This document shows positions 1 through 10,042 of a stretch of DNA of 64,000 nucleotides, piece after piece; the first letter of the stretch is position 1, and each line of letters opens with the position of its first letter. The DNA lies in assembly GCA_963205415.1 (NCBI GenBank), contig CAUJJS010000130.1, forward strand, positions 38,334 to 102,333. Direction: 5' to 3'. Position numbers and translations under genes: made by a program. The stretch is from Pseudomonadota bacterium (lineage in GTDB: Bacteria > Pseudomonadota > Gammaproteobacteria > Xanthomonadales > Xanthomonadaceae). The notes under the pieces were generated by a model. The model saw nothing but the letters and a program-made list of their open reading frames with translations, did no database searches and had not been told where the DNA came from.

Positions 1-297
1 CGAATCGATGAAGAAGTTGGCGTATTTGAAAAACGCCAGCACCGTCAGGTTGAAGACCACCGCCAGCGTGACCGCCCGTTTGCGCGCCGGCCCTTCGCGC
101 CCATCGATCGCAAGGCCGAAGGCGTAGTTGGCCACGATCGAGGCACCGAGCAGCGCACAAAATCGCCAGTCCCAAAACCCATAGAACACAAAGCTCGCCA
201 CCACCAGCATGAACTTGGCTGGGCGATGGCGCAGCAGGGCCAAGCCCAAGAGGGTGAGCGCGAAAAACACCCAGTACTGGAAGCTGTCGAACATCAT
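1..297 (-). CDS. MBOAT family O-acyltransferase (AlgI/DltB-like), 5' part; runs off the window start
   Basis: Manual translation MMFDSFQYWVFF...VASFVFYGFWDWRF...FNLTVLAFFKYANFFIDS matches the AlgI-type N-terminus (SxxFYxxW, LxxFKY). ATGA overlap with the upstream gene's stop. Confidence 0.85.
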   Translation of the reverse strand, partial: MMFDSFQYWVFFALTLLGLALLRHRPAKFMLVVASFVFYGFWDWRFCALLGASIVANYAFGLAIDGREGPARKRAVTLAVVFNLTVLAFFKYANFFIDS

Positions 298-1415
298 GGC
301 GTGGACGCCCCGACGGGTTGATGCAGGACTTCTCCCACGGCCTCGGCCACCCGCTCGGAGGTGATCTCTTGCCCCGTGCGATTGGCGTGCAGCGCATCGA
401 AAAAGTACTCGGGGGCTTCGAGGTCTTCCAGCAAGCGCGGTGGCAACACGGTGACGCCGGGCTGCCGATCCAGATCGAGCATCCACGCTGGCGCGCTGTT
501 GTCAGTGGGCAAGATCTCTCGATAGGGGCCACGCGGCAAGGGATACAGGATCAGCGCCGCCTTGTGTGCACGACACAGTTCCAGCAACTTTTCGTACCAG
601 TACCGCGCGTAGGCATCATTGTCGGCCGGGGTCTGCGTCAACACGCGCAGGTGTTGTTCGATGGCCGCACGTTGTTCGGCATTGGTGTCATTCCAGTCCA
701 TCACCTTGTGATCGACGCCAAAGGTGAGTGTCGGCATCACGTTTTCCGGCCCACGATAATTGCCGATGTTTTCCAGCCAGCCCCGCTTGCCGCGCAAGCT
801 GCGGCGGCGTTCCAAGGGTGATTCGAGCAAGGACTGGATGTCTTTTTGCATCAGCACGGTCGGCAGCCAGAGCGAGGCCTGCACCCGCCTGCGCAGTTCA
901 ACATCATCGAAACTGGCGGGGAAGGTTTCTAGGTCACGCAGATCCACCAGCGGCGCCATGAAATAGGGATCCAGCGACCAATTGGCCCAGCGGTCGGCAC
1001 CCATCGGCGGGTAGACCGTGCCCACGACCACCGCATCGAACGCCACGCCCTTGCGTACCATCGCACGCAAGAGGTAATACCAAGTGCGCGGCTTGCTGCC
1101 AGGCACCGCCACATTGATGAAGTTCAATGGCGCCGTGCTGCGCATCGCTACGGCGGGCGAGAAGCCTTGAGCCACCCGCGAATCGCCAAAGACCAGCACG
1201 GTGGGCGGGGATGCGGTGGCATTGCGTCGCGCCAGGCGTAGTTTCAATTCCGAGATGCCGGAATTGGAGAAGGGTTCGGCCAACTGGCGGAAGTAAAAGC
1301 CACTACGGAAAACCAGAGACTCCATCGCAAACCAGCCCAGCGCCAGCACCAATGCGAGTACGACGAGGGGCCGGATGCGACGCCAAGCAAGCGTGGGTGA
1401 GTCGAAGGGATTCAT
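294..1415 (-). CDS. SGNH/GDSL-like periplasmic protein (DltD/AlgJ-like partner of the MBOAT)
   Basis: N-terminal TM, FGDSR block-I motif, FFDALH (DxxH) near the C-terminus; coupled to the MBOAT gene. Start uncertain. Confidence 0.65.
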   Translation of the reverse strand: MNPFDSPTLAWRRIRPLVVLALVLALGWFAMESLVFRSGFYFRQLAEPFSNSGISELKLRLARRNATASPPTVLVFGDSRVAQGFSPAVAMRSTAPLNFINVAVPGSKPRTWYYLLRAMVRKGVAFDAVVVGTVYPPMGADRWANWSLDPYFMAPLVDLRDLETFPASFDDVELRRRVQASLWLPTVLMQKDIQSLLESPLERRRSLRGKRGWLENIGNYRGPENVMPTLTFGVDHKVMDWNDTNAEQRAAIEQHLRVLTQTPADNDAYARYWYEKLLELCRAHKAALILYPLPRGPYREILPTDNSAPAWMLDLDRQPGVTVLPPRLLEDLEAPEYFFDALHANRTGQEITSERVAEAVGEVLHQPVGASTP

Positions 1416-1543
1416 GGGGGACCGAAAGGGCAAAGCGCGCATTGTAGGTGAGGTGTGTTGTGGCCAGCGCAGGATCATGCCCAAGGCTGTCGGGGGCGCG
1501 ACTGGATCCTGCTAGGCTGGCGGCCTCTCACGGACGATGCGAC

Positions 1544-2251
1544 ATGGACAATCCCGACTTCATCGTGATCCATGAAAACGCGGTTTCACGCGAGGCCTGT
1601 GCCGCGATCGTCGCGCGCTTCGAGGCCGACGGCAGCGCCACGCCGGGACGCATCGGTTCCGGTGTGTTTCCCGAGCTCAAGGACAGCCGCGACATTACCC
1701 TGGATGGCAAGCCGCAATGGCAGGACGTGCAGGATCTGCTTTTGACGGCCGCGTTCAATGCCACGCTCGATTACTTGCGGCGCTACCCCTACATGATCCT
1801 GGCGCCGCTGATGTTGCAGACCGGCGAGCCACGGCGGCGTCTGGAAGCGCGTGACATCGTGGCCATGGACGATGCCGCGCTCAGTGGCTTGTTACGTGCG
1901 GTGCTGCGTCCGGGCAGTATCAACCTGCAACGCTACACCGCCGACAAGGGCGGTTATCCCTATTGGCATTGCGAAATCTATCCGCGCGATACCGGCTGCG
2001 AGACTCTGCACCGACACCTTCTGTGGACCCTGTATCTCAACGACGGCTTTGATGAGGGCGAAACCGAGTTCCTCTACCAGCAACGCAAGATCACCCCGCG
2101 TACAGGCAGCCTCTTGGTGGCACCGGCGGGTTTCACCCACACCCATCGTGGCAACCGGCCGCGCGGTGGCGACAAGTACATCGCCACCAGTTGGATCCTG
2201 TTCCAACGCGCCGAGCAGTTGTTCCCGCCGGCTCAGTCGCAATCACGCTGA
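1544..2251 (+). CDS. 2OG-Fe(II) oxygenase
   Basis: YWHCE (HxD/E), LYLNDGFDEGETEF, THTHRG and KYIATSW motifs. Confidence 0.85.
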   Translation: MDNPDFIVIHENAVSREACAAIVARFEADGSATPGRIGSGVFPELKDSRDITLDGKPQWQDVQDLLLTAAFNATLDYLRRYPYMILAPLMLQTGEPRRRLEARDIVAMDDAALSGLLRAVLRPGSINLQRYTADKGGYPYWHCEIYPRDTGCETLHRHLLWTLYLNDGFDEGETEFLYQQRKITPRTGSLLVAPAGFTHTHRGNRPRGGDKYIATSWILFQRAEQLFPPAQSQSR

Positions 2252-2253
2252 AC

Positions 2254-3462
2254 TCAGTCGGACTCCCACCACAACCAGAAGCCGTCGCTGATGCGTTTGA
2301 AGAAGCCGCCGGCCGGCGCATCGGCCAGGGCCACCAGTGGCCGCTCAACCAGTACCTTGCCGTCGAGCGACAAGCGCAGCGTTCCCACGGCTTGAGCCTT
2401 GCTGAAAGGCGCGATCAGTTGCAGCGGCAGGTCCATTTCCGCCTTGATTGCTTCGTAGCGCCCACGCGGCACGGTGATCGACAAAGGCTCGGTCAGACCC
2501 AAGGCCAGGGTGTCGGCTTCGCCTTTCCAGAGCTTGGGCGATGTGACGGCCTGATCGGCGTCATAGATCTTGTGGGTTTCAAAAAAGCGAAAACCCCAGT
2601 TCAACAGGGCATAGCTGTCCTCGGCGCGCTGCTTTTCGCTGGTCGAACCCATCACCACGCTGATCAATCGTTGGTCGCCACGCTTGGCCGAGGCGGCCAG
2701 GCAGTAACCGGCGGCCGAGTGGTGGCCCGTCTTGATGCCATCGACGGCATCATCCTTCCACAGCAAGGAATTGCGGTTGTGCTGGCGGATGCCGTTGAAG
2801 GTGAATTCCTTGACCGAATACACCGCGTAGTCTTCCGGAAAGTCGTGAATCAGCGCATGGGCAAGGCGGGCGATGTCGTGCGCGGTGCTGTAGTGCTCGG
2901 GCGCGGACAAGCCATGGGCGTTGACGTAGTGGGTGTCGTTCATGCCGAGCTGCTTGGCGTAGGCATTCATCAGGTCGGCAAAGGCCGCCTCGCTGCCCGC
3001 TACGTGCTCGGCCAAGGCGATCGAGGCATCGTTACCGGACTGGATGATCATGCCGTGCAGCAGATCTTCCAGTTTCACCTTGCTGTTGACGGGAAGAAAA
3101 CTGGTCGAGCCATCGGTACCGCCACCGCCGCCACGCCAGGCGTTTTCGCTGATGGGCACCATGTCATCGCGCGAAATTTTTCCGGCCGCGATTTCCGCCG
3201 ACACCACATAGGAGGTCATGACCTTGGTGATGCTGGCCGGTTCGACGCGTTCGTCTGGATTGTGGCTGGCGAGAACCTGCCCGGTGGCGTCATCGACCAG
3301 AATCCAGGCCGTGCCCTGCACTGCAGGCGCACTTGGGTTCACGATCGGCGCAGCTTGCGGCCGGTTCGGCACCGGACGATCGGCGACGGGGGTCTGGGCC
3401 AAGCTGGGGGCAGCCAAAGCCATGAACAAAAAGGCGCTGGCAAAACAGGATAGACAATTCAT
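2254..3462 (-). CDS. dacC: D-alanyl-D-alanine carboxypeptidase (PBP5/6)
   Basis: Signal peptide; PASITK (SxxK), SGNDAS (SxN), KTG; follows rlpA. Confidence 0.92.
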   Translation of the reverse strand: MNCLSCFASAFLFMALAAPSLAQTPVADRPVPNRPQAAPIVNPSAPAVQGTAWILVDDATGQVLASHNPDERVEPASITKVMTSYVVSAEIAAGKISRDDMVPISENAWRGGGGGTDGSTSFLPVNSKVKLEDLLHGMIIQSGNDASIALAEHVAGSEAAFADLMNAYAKQLGMNDTHYVNAHGLSAPEHYSTAHDIARLAHALIHDFPEDYAVYSVKEFTFNGIRQHNRNSLLWKDDAVDGIKTGHHSAAGYCLAASAKRGDQRLISVVMGSTSEKQRAEDSYALLNWGFRFFETHKIYDADQAVTSPKLWKGEADTLALGLTEPLSITVPRGRYEAIKAEMDLPLQLIAPFSKAQAVGTLRLSLDGKVLVERPLVALADAPAGGFFKRISDGFWLWWESD

Positions 3463-3571
3463 CGTGTGGCGTACTCTGTGTGGGACGTGGCGATTGCTCG
3501 CTTGGAACCTCTGGCGCTCGCAAGGTTCCATTATCGCTGCGATCGGTGAATGCAGGCCGAGGCGGGTCGAA

Positions 3572-4564
3572 TCATTCGGTGATGAGGGTGGGCACACCCA
3601 AGCCCAGTGCGCGCAACTTCAAGGCCGGATCGCGACTGGCCTCACGCGAGACAAACGGCCCCACGCGCACGCGGTAAACGGTTCGCCCAGCGACCTTGGC
3701 GGTCTGGATCGCGGCCTCGCCGACGCGCGCCTGCGCAATGCGGTCGAGTAGGGCTCGCGCATTGGCCGGTTCGGCAAAACTGGCGGCTTGCAGCCAGATC
3801 CGGCCTGCAGGCCTTGCAGGCGCGTCGTGCCGCGGGGGCACCGCCTTGACCACGACTTCCGGGCCACGCGTGGTCGGTAGATCGCCTGTCCGCGCCGCCA
3901 CCCAGGCCTGCGCTGCGGGCATCGCCGGCGGTGGCGGCGGCACCTCCACACCCGGCTTCAGCACCTGCAGGTCCACCGGCGCGGTGCCTTCGATATGCAT
4001 GCCGAGTTTGACTGCAGCGGCGTAAGACAAGTCGATCAAACGATCGTCGTGGAACGGCCCGCGATCATTGACGCGCACCACCACGCTGCGACCGTTCAAG
4101 AGATTGGTGACGCGCACGTGGGTCGGCAAGGGCAGGGTCTTGTGCGCGGCGGTGAACTGGTACATGTCGTAAGGTTCCAGGCTCGATGTCGCCCGGCCAT
4201 GAAACTTGGCGCCGTACCAGGACGCGATGCCGCGCACGTGATAACCCTCGGCGTGATCCATCACGAAGTATTGCTTGCCGAGCACCGTGTACGGCGAGCG
4301 ATTGCCATAGCGGGACGGCGGCTCGTTGGTGGGCTCGGGTTCGACCAGATGGCTGATGTCGGGCGGAATGGGCGGGCCGCCATCGTCCACGCCGGGTCGA
4401 TACAGGCCACCGGCGGTGTACTCGCCGGGTTGATCGGGGCGCGACTGTCGCACGCGCTCGGGGTAGGACGTGCTGCTGCCGTCGCCTGCACGCTCCGGCT
4501 TGACCGGCTTGCTGCCGCAGGCCGCCAGCACACAGATCAACGACAGAACACAAACGACTCTCAC
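3572..4564 (-). CDS. rlpA: Septal ring lytic transglycosylase RlpA lipoprotein
   Basis: GTG start overlapping the mltB stop; lipobox LAAC; GIASWYG, AAHKTLP, RVNDRGPF; C-terminal SPOR domain (YRVRVGP). Confidence 0.92.
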   Translation of the reverse strand: MRVVCVLSLICVLAACGSKPVKPERAGDGSSTSYPERVRQSRPDQPGEYTAGGLYRPGVDDGGPPIPPDISHLVEPEPTNEPPSRYGNRSPYTVLGKQYFVMDHAEGYHVRGIASWYGAKFHGRATSSLEPYDMYQFTAAHKTLPLPTHVRVTNLLNGRSVVVRVNDRGPFHDDRLIDLSYAAAVKLGMHIEGTAPVDLQVLKPGVEVPPPPPAMPAAQAWVAARTGDLPTTRGPEVVVKAVPPRHDAPARPAGRIWLQAASFAEPANARALLDRIAQARVGEAAIQTAKVAGRTVYRVRVGPFVSREASRDPALKLRALGLGVPTLITE

Positions 4565-5562
4565 GGCGCGAGCGTGGCGCTGTCGGTGGCGGCAATGGAC
4601 TGTGCCAGTTGAAACACCGCCATCGAGTACAGGGGCGAGCGGTTGTAGCGCGAGATCACATGAAAATTGTTGAAGGTGATCCAGTACTCCGGCCCACTGT
4701 TGCCTTCGAGCCGCAATAGCGTGGCCGGCACGTCGTGTCCGAGCGCGTGTGCCGGACGGTAACCCTTGTGCTCCAGCTCGGCGAGGCTGAACTTGGCTTC
4801 CAGCGAATCGGGCTTGAAGTCTCGCGCGTCCTCGGCCCGCAGCGCGGGGATGGCGACCGGCTCGCCGGCTTGCCACTTGTGCACCTTGAAATAATTGGCG
4901 ACCGAGGCGAACACGTCGGGCAGCGAATTCCAGAGGTCGCGCTGGCCATCCCCATCGCCATCGACGGCATAGGCGCGATAGCTGGACGGAATGAACTGAC
5001 CCCAGCCCATGGCACCGGCGTAGCTGCCGGTGATGGTGCTCAAATCGAGGGATTCTTCCTTGGCGAGGGCAAAGGCCTGCGCCAATTCGCCACGGAAGAA
5101 CGTGGCCCGCGGCTCATGGAAAAAACCCAAGGTATACAGCGCATCGAGCACCCGATAACGGCCGGTGTTGCTGCCGTAATTGGTTTCCACGCCCAAAATC
5201 GCCACGACGATCGCGGCGGGCACGCCGGTGTCGGCTTCGACCTGCGTCAAAGCCGCGCGATGGGTTTCCAGAAACGCCCGACCCTTGGCAATACGATCGG
5301 CGGTCAGAAAGATCGGGCGGTAGTCCTTCCAGGGCTTGGCCTCGGCCGGGCGGGTGATGGCATCGATGATGCTTTGTTGATATTTGGCCTGATCGAGCAC
5401 GGTCGTGGCATCGGCGATGCCGTGGGCATTCTTCAGTTCCGCCAGAAACTGCGTGCGTTGCTCGTCCGTCAACTGGCCTTGGCTTGCACCGTGGGCCGAG
5501 AAGCCGGCCAAGAACGCAGTGAGGCCGAGGACAAGACACGAAGACGAGGGGATCGAACGCAT
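4561..5562 (-). CDS. mltB: Lytic murein transglycosylase B
   Basis: AILGVETNYG, GSYAGAMGWGQFIPSSY, EF-hand DGDGDG, RYNRSPLY. Confidence 0.92.
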   Translation of the reverse strand: MRSIPSSSCLVLGLTAFLAGFSAHGASQGQLTDEQRTQFLAELKNAHGIADATTVLDQAKYQQSIIDAITRPAEAKPWKDYRPIFLTADRIAKGRAFLETHRAALTQVEADTGVPAAIVVAILGVETNYGSNTGRYRVLDALYTLGFFHEPRATFFRGELAQAFALAKEESLDLSTITGSYAGAMGWGQFIPSSYRAYAVDGDGDGQRDLWNSLPDVFASVANYFKVHKWQAGEPVAIPALRAEDARDFKPDSLEAKFSLAELEHKGYRPAHALGHDVPATLLRLEGNSGPEYWITFNNFHVISRYNRSPLYSMAVFQLAQSIAATDSATLAP

Positions 5563-5873
5563 GGGCGCAAGGCTGTAAGGGGCTTGGCGCGCAGTGTACA
5601 TGGCCCATGCAGCGGCACCGCCTGCGGCGCCGCACGGCGTGGTTTGTCCGTGGTGCGAAATCGCTGCACAAGGTGATCTTCGAGCAGGAGCAGGGCCGGC
5701 ATCAGCACCAACCAGAACGGCAGCCAGCCAAGGTGCGGCTCATACCAGTGAGGCATCGGCAGCAGCATCAAGATGACGAGGCCGGCGACGAGCCAGTGCA
5801 GCATCAGTGCGGTAAACGGGCGCACCGTGTGTGTTGCAGAGGGATTGGATGAATGGCGATGCTGGGCGGACAT
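5469..5873 (-). CDS. Small membrane hypothetical protein
   Basis: GGAG RBS before ATG 5873; two hydrophobic segments including LGWLPFWLVLMP; 3' end overlaps mltB. Confidence 0.5.
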   Translation of the reverse strand: MSAQHRHSSNPSATHTVRPFTALMLHWLVAGLVILMLLPMPHWYEPHLGWLPFWLVLMPALLLLEDHLVQRFRTTDKPRRAAPQAVPLHGPCTLRAKPLTALRPCVRSPRLRVLSSASLRSWPASRPTVQAKAS

Positions 5874-5941
5874 GACGTGGACTCCCGACAGGTTCGGGAG
5901 CCATCCTGCCAAGGCTTCGTCTCACAGCCTGAGATTGGCGC

Positions 5942-7840
5942 TCAGCTTTCGTTCGCGTCCGTGCGGGTTGGCCCGCGCAAGGCTTGGACTGCGACCTGCA
6001 AACTCGCCGCGTCTGCCGCCTGCGCGGCGATCGGGGCCCCAACCACCAGCTCCACTGGCGCACGAAAGCGCCGCGGCAGCCGCCAGCGATGCAGGCGTGA
6101 ATCGCGACGGCTCCACATGCTCTCCCACATGCCGCGCAGCGCCATCGGGATGACCGGCACCGGGCGCGTGGCGAGGATGCGTTCGACGCCTTTCAGGAAC
6201 GGACCGATTTCGCCATCCGATGTGAGGCGTCCTTCCGGGAAGATGCAGACCAGTTCGCCTTCCGCGAGCGCGGCATCCACCTCGGCAAAGGCGCGCTCCA
6301 TCAGCTCCGGATCTTCCTTGGCACCGGCGATCGGAATGGCGCGGGTGGCGCGGAACACCACGTTCATGCCGGGAACATCGAAAATCTTGTAGTACATGAC
6401 AAAGCGCGTCGGCCGTGGCACCGCGCCCAGGATCAGCACCGCATCCATGTAGCTGACGTGGTTGCACACCAGCACCGCAGGGCCTTCCATCAGAACATTG
6501 TCCAGGCCTTGCAGCTTGAGGCGATAGAGCAGCTTGGCCAATAGCCAGGCCACGAAGCGGGCGACAAACTCGGGCACCAAGGTGAAGATGTAGATCGCCA
6601 CCACCGCATTGAGGATGGCGGTGGCCAAGAGCAACTGCGGCACGTTCAAGCCCAGCTGCAACAGGACGATGGCGAGGATCGCCGCCACCACCATGAAGGC
6701 CGCATTCAAGATGTTGTTGGCCGCGATCACCCGCGACAGGCGCTCGCGCGGGGTACGCTGCTGGATCAGGGCGTAGAGCGGCACGGTGAAAAAACCACCG
6801 GACAAACCCACCAACATCAGATCGATGCAGATGCGCAGGTTGCCGGGTGCGACCAGAAACGCCTGCCAATTCAGGCCCACGACTTCGGCCGCACCCGAGC
6901 GGGCGAAGTAAAGGTCCACCCCAAACACCGTCATGCCCAAGGCGCCCAGCGGCACCAGGCCGATTTCCACCGTGCGACGCGACAGCACTTCACACAACAG
7001 CGAGCCGGTACCGATGCCGAAAGCGAACAACATCAGCACCAGCGGCGCCACGCTTTGATCGCCACCCAGATACAGCTTGGTGTAGTTGGGCAACTGGGCA
7101 ATGAAGACCGAACCGAAGAACCAGAACCAACTGATCGCCAGCACCGAATTCAACACCGCGCGGTGGCCGCGCAGGAAGATGAGATTGCGCCAGGTTTCGC
7201 TGATCGGATTCCAATTGAGCTTCAAGTCCGGTGCGGTGGCGGCCGCCGGCGGAATGGCGCGCGCCGTCAACCAGCCGGCAATGGCGATGGTGACGATGGC
7301 CAGCGTGACCCAAGCCGTGCCGAACTCGAATCCCATCAAGGCACCACCGGCAAAGGTGCCCAAGAGGATGGTGAGGAAGGTGCCCGCCTCCACCAGCGCA
7401 TTGCCGCCCACCAGTTCATTCGGCTGCAGGGCCTGCGGCAGGATCGAGTACTTCAAGGGACCGAAGAACGCGCTTTGAGCGCCCATCAGGAAGAGCACAC
7501 TCAACAGGAAGGGCAAGGACTGCAACCAGAATCCGATACCGGCCAAAACCATCAACACGATCTCGGCGGCCTTGATCCATTGCATCGAACGCGCCTTCTC
7601 GTACTTCTCCGCCCACTGACCGGCATTGGCCGAAAACAAGAAGAACGGCAGGATGAAAAGCCCGGCCGCAAGGTTGGAATAGAAGTCGATGTCGGCGCTG
7701 GACAAGCCGGCCACATGAAAGGTGACGAGAATGATCAGGGCGTTCTTGAACACGTTGTCGTTGAACGCGCCCAGCGCCTGCGTCAGAAAGAACGGCAGGA
7801 AACGGCGGTGACGCAGCAGGCTGAACTGGGATTGGGACAT
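5942..7840 (-). CDS. MFS transporter fused to a PlsC-type acyltransferase (LplT/Aas-like)
   Basis: TQALGAFNDNVFK MFS N-terminus, many TMs; C-terminal CNHVSYMD and IFPEG motifs. Confidence 0.9.
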   Translation of the reverse strand: MSQSQFSLLRHRRFLPFFLTQALGAFNDNVFKNALIILVTFHVAGLSSADIDFYSNLAAGLFILPFFLFSANAGQWAEKYEKARSMQWIKAAEIVLMVLAGIGFWLQSLPFLLSVLFLMGAQSAFFGPLKYSILPQALQPNELVGGNALVEAGTFLTILLGTFAGGALMGFEFGTAWVTLAIVTIAIAGWLTARAIPPAAATAPDLKLNWNPISETWRNLIFLRGHRAVLNSVLAISWFWFFGSVFIAQLPNYTKLYLGGDQSVAPLVLMLFAFGIGTGSLLCEVLSRRTVEIGLVPLGALGMTVFGVDLYFARSGAAEVVGLNWQAFLVAPGNLRICIDLMLVGLSGGFFTVPLYALIQQRTPRERLSRVIAANNILNAAFMVVAAILAIVLLQLGLNVPQLLLATAILNAVVAIYIFTLVPEFVARFVAWLLAKLLYRLKLQGLDNVLMEGPAVLVCNHVSYMDAVLILGAVPRPTRFVMYYKIFDVPGMNVVFRATRAIPIAGAKEDPELMERAFAEVDAALAEGELVCIFPEGRLTSDGEIGPFLKGVERILATRPVPVIPMALRGMWESMWSRRDSRLHRWRLPRRFRAPVELVVGAPIAAQAADAASLQVAVQALRGPTRTDANES

Positions 7841-8006
7841 GGGTGAACCGCCGATGGGACTCAAACATGATGATGCCCCGGGCCGGAACAACGCCAGTCC
7901 AATCGCCACGGCTTGGGCGTCGAGCTGCGTCTGAACCGCGCTTTGAGCACAGCACGGCACAGCGTGGCCTGCGATAATGGCGCCCCCTTCCACCACCGAG
8001 ATCGCC

Positions 8007-9104
8007 ATGACCCAGCAGACCATCCTCAATGCCACCCACCGTGAAGCCGGCGCCCGCATGGTGGACTTTGGCGGCTGGGACATGCCGATCCACTATGGCT
8101 CGCAGATGGACGAACACCACCAGGTGCGGCGTGAGGTCGGCATGTTCGATGTCTCGCACATGACCGTGATCGACCTGCACGGCGAAAAGGTGCGCGCTTT
8201 CCTGCATCACCTGTTGGCCAACAATGTCGACAAGCTCAAGAGCACGGGCCGCGCCATCTATTCGTGCATGCTGAACTCGCGCGGTGGCGTGATCGACGAC
8301 CTCATCACCTATTACTTGGCCGATGACTTCTATCGGCTGGTGACCAATGCCGCCACCCACGACAAGGATCTGGCGTGGATTCAATCCCACGCCGCCGACT
8401 TTGATGTCGAGGTCACCGAGCGCCCCGAGCTGTCTCTGATTGCAGTGCAGGGCCCCAAGGCCCGCGCCACGGTCTTGCCCCTGATTGCCGAAGCCGATCG
8501 CGCGCGCGTCGAGGCTTTGGGCAAATTCAGTGCCGCCGATGCGCGTGGCAGCGAGGACGAACACCTGTTCGTGGCCCGTACCGGTTACACCGGTGAAGAT
8601 GGTTTCGAGATCGTCTTGCCGAGTGACGAGGCGGTGGCGTTCTGGGAGCGTCTGGCCGATGCCGGGGTCAAACCCTGCGGCTTGGGCGCCCGCGACACCT
8701 TGCGCCTGGAAGCCGGCATGAACCTCTACGGCCAGGACATGGATGAAGACATCACGCCGCTGGAAGCCGGACTCGCCTGGACCGTGTCCTTCGATGAAGG
8801 CCGCGACTTCATCGGTCGCGCTGCCTTGGAAGCCCAGAAGGCGGCCGGCGTGCCGCGTCGCATGGTCGGCTTGATGCTCGATGACAAGGGCATTCTGCGT
8901 CATGGACAGCGTGTCGAAACCGCCGCGGGCGACGGTGTGATCCTGTCAGGCACCTTTGCCCCGACCTTGGGCAAGACCATTGCCTTTGCACGGATTCCAT
9001 CGGGCGAGCCTGGCGCGGTCGGCGTCGACATCCGTGGCCGGATCGTGCCGGCGCACATCGTCAAGTTCCCGTTCGTGCGCGATGGCAAGCCGGTCGAATC
9101 ATGA
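8007..9104 (+). CDS. gcvT: Glycine cleavage aminomethyltransferase T
   Basis: [40 protein letters not shown]. Confidence 0.96.
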   Translation: MTQQTILNATHREAGARMVDFGGWDMPIHYGSQMDEHHQVRREVGMFDVSHMTVIDLHGEKVRAFLHHLLANNVDKLKSTGRAIYSCMLNSRGGVIDDLITYYLADDFYRLVTNAATHDKDLAWIQSHAADFDVEVTERPELSLIAVQGPKARATVLPLIAEADRARVEALGKFSAADARGSEDEHLFVARTGYTGEDGFEIVLPSDEAVAFWERLADAGVKPCGLGARDTLRLEAGMNLYGQDMDEDITPLEAGLAWTVSFDEGRDFIGRAALEAQKAAGVPRRMVGLMLDDKGILRHGQRVETAAGDGVILSGTFAPTLGKTIAFARIPSGEPGAVGVDIRGRIVPAHIVKFPFVRDGKPVES

Positions 9105-9200
9105 TCGCCGGCACGCCCACGCACCCGACCCGCTTCACCCTTACAATTTCCTTGCCCCAACGGCCCGCTGTGGCCACCCACAATCGATTCGGAGTCTGAC

Positions 9201-9596
9201 ATGAGTGATATTCCCGGTGACCTGAAGTTCATGCGTTCGCACGAGTGGGCGCGCCTCGAAGATGGTGGTCGCGTGGTCGTGGGGGTTTCCGACCACGCCC
9301 AGGATCAACTCGGCGATCTGGTCTATGTCGAGTTGCCGAATGTCGGCGATCACCTCGACCAAGGCGCCAGCAGTGCCGTGCTCGAATCGGTGAAGGCCGC
9401 GTCCGACATCTACGCCCCGGTCAGTGGCACGGTGCTTGAGATCAATGACGCCTTGAACGATGCGCCCGACACCATCAATCGTGATGCTTGGGGCGAAGGT
9501 TGGTTGTTCGTGATCAAGGCAGACGATGCCTCGCAACTCGATGGGCTGCTTTCTCCAGACGACTACGCAGCTCATGTCGAAAGTGATGAGCACTGA
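9201..9596 (+). CDS. gcvH: Glycine cleavage H protein
   Basis: [18 protein letters not shown], lipoyl site [15 protein letters not shown]. Confidence 0.96.
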   Translation: MSDIPGDLKFMRSHEWARLEDGGRVVVGVSDHAQDQLGDLVYVELPNVGDHLDQGASSAVLESVKAASDIYAPVSGTVLEINDALNDAPDTINRDAWGEGWLFVIKADDASQLDGLLSPDDYAAHVESDEH

Positions 9597-9622
9597 GGCA
9601 CCGAGACATCACACGATCACCC

Positions 9623-9651
9623 ATGGCCGCCTTCGGGCGGCCATTTTTTTT
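9623..9651 (+). terminator. Intrinsic terminator after gcvH
   Basis: ATGGCCGCC-TTCG-GGCGGCCAT followed by a T run. Confidence 0.9.
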
Positions 9652-10007
9652 GCGCAGTGTGCGCGCATCGTTCGCGCAAACTTGCGCGCATGGACTTGTG
9701 CAACGCGATACGTGTTCGAATTTTTCATCGATCTCAACCTGCATCGTGATTGCAAGCGCGCGCGTTGCACTTTCATGCACGACGGACATCGACCCACGCA
9801 AACACAACGCGTACGCGCATCGTGATTGATCGCCCGCAAACCGCGACAACAATGGATTTGCGTGTGATGCCGATGATGATTCACGCATCGCGTTTTGCAT
9901 CCGCATCGCGTGCTTGAATGCATCTCGCACAACCCTTGAAGACCCTCGTCGCGACATCACACACACGTGATCTGCACACAGGCACGCATCACCGCGTGCA
10001 CGATGTG

Positions 10008-10036
10008 TTGACAGCATGCGCTTGCATGTTTAGCGT
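10008..10036 (+). promoter_or_regulatory. sigma70-type promoter upstream of the histone-like gene
   Basis: TTGACA (10008-13), 17-nt spacer, TAGCGT (10031-36). Confidence 0.65.
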
Positions 10037-10042
10037 GCGCGC

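Noticed and set aside
7841..8006. Glycine riboswitch before gcvT
   Set aside because: Short divergent intergenic region with no GGAGA/CCGAAG/CTCTCAGG aptamer motifs.
7416..8903. 495-aa minus-strand ORF over gcvT and other long alternate-frame ORFs
   Set aside because: They overlap well-supported genes and lack recognisable motifs.
9652..10000. CRISPR array or protein-coding ORFs in the RY-rich tract
   Set aside because: Repeats are at most 12 bp identical and irregular, no cas genes are present, and ORFs in all frames are Cys/Arg/His-rich without an RBS.
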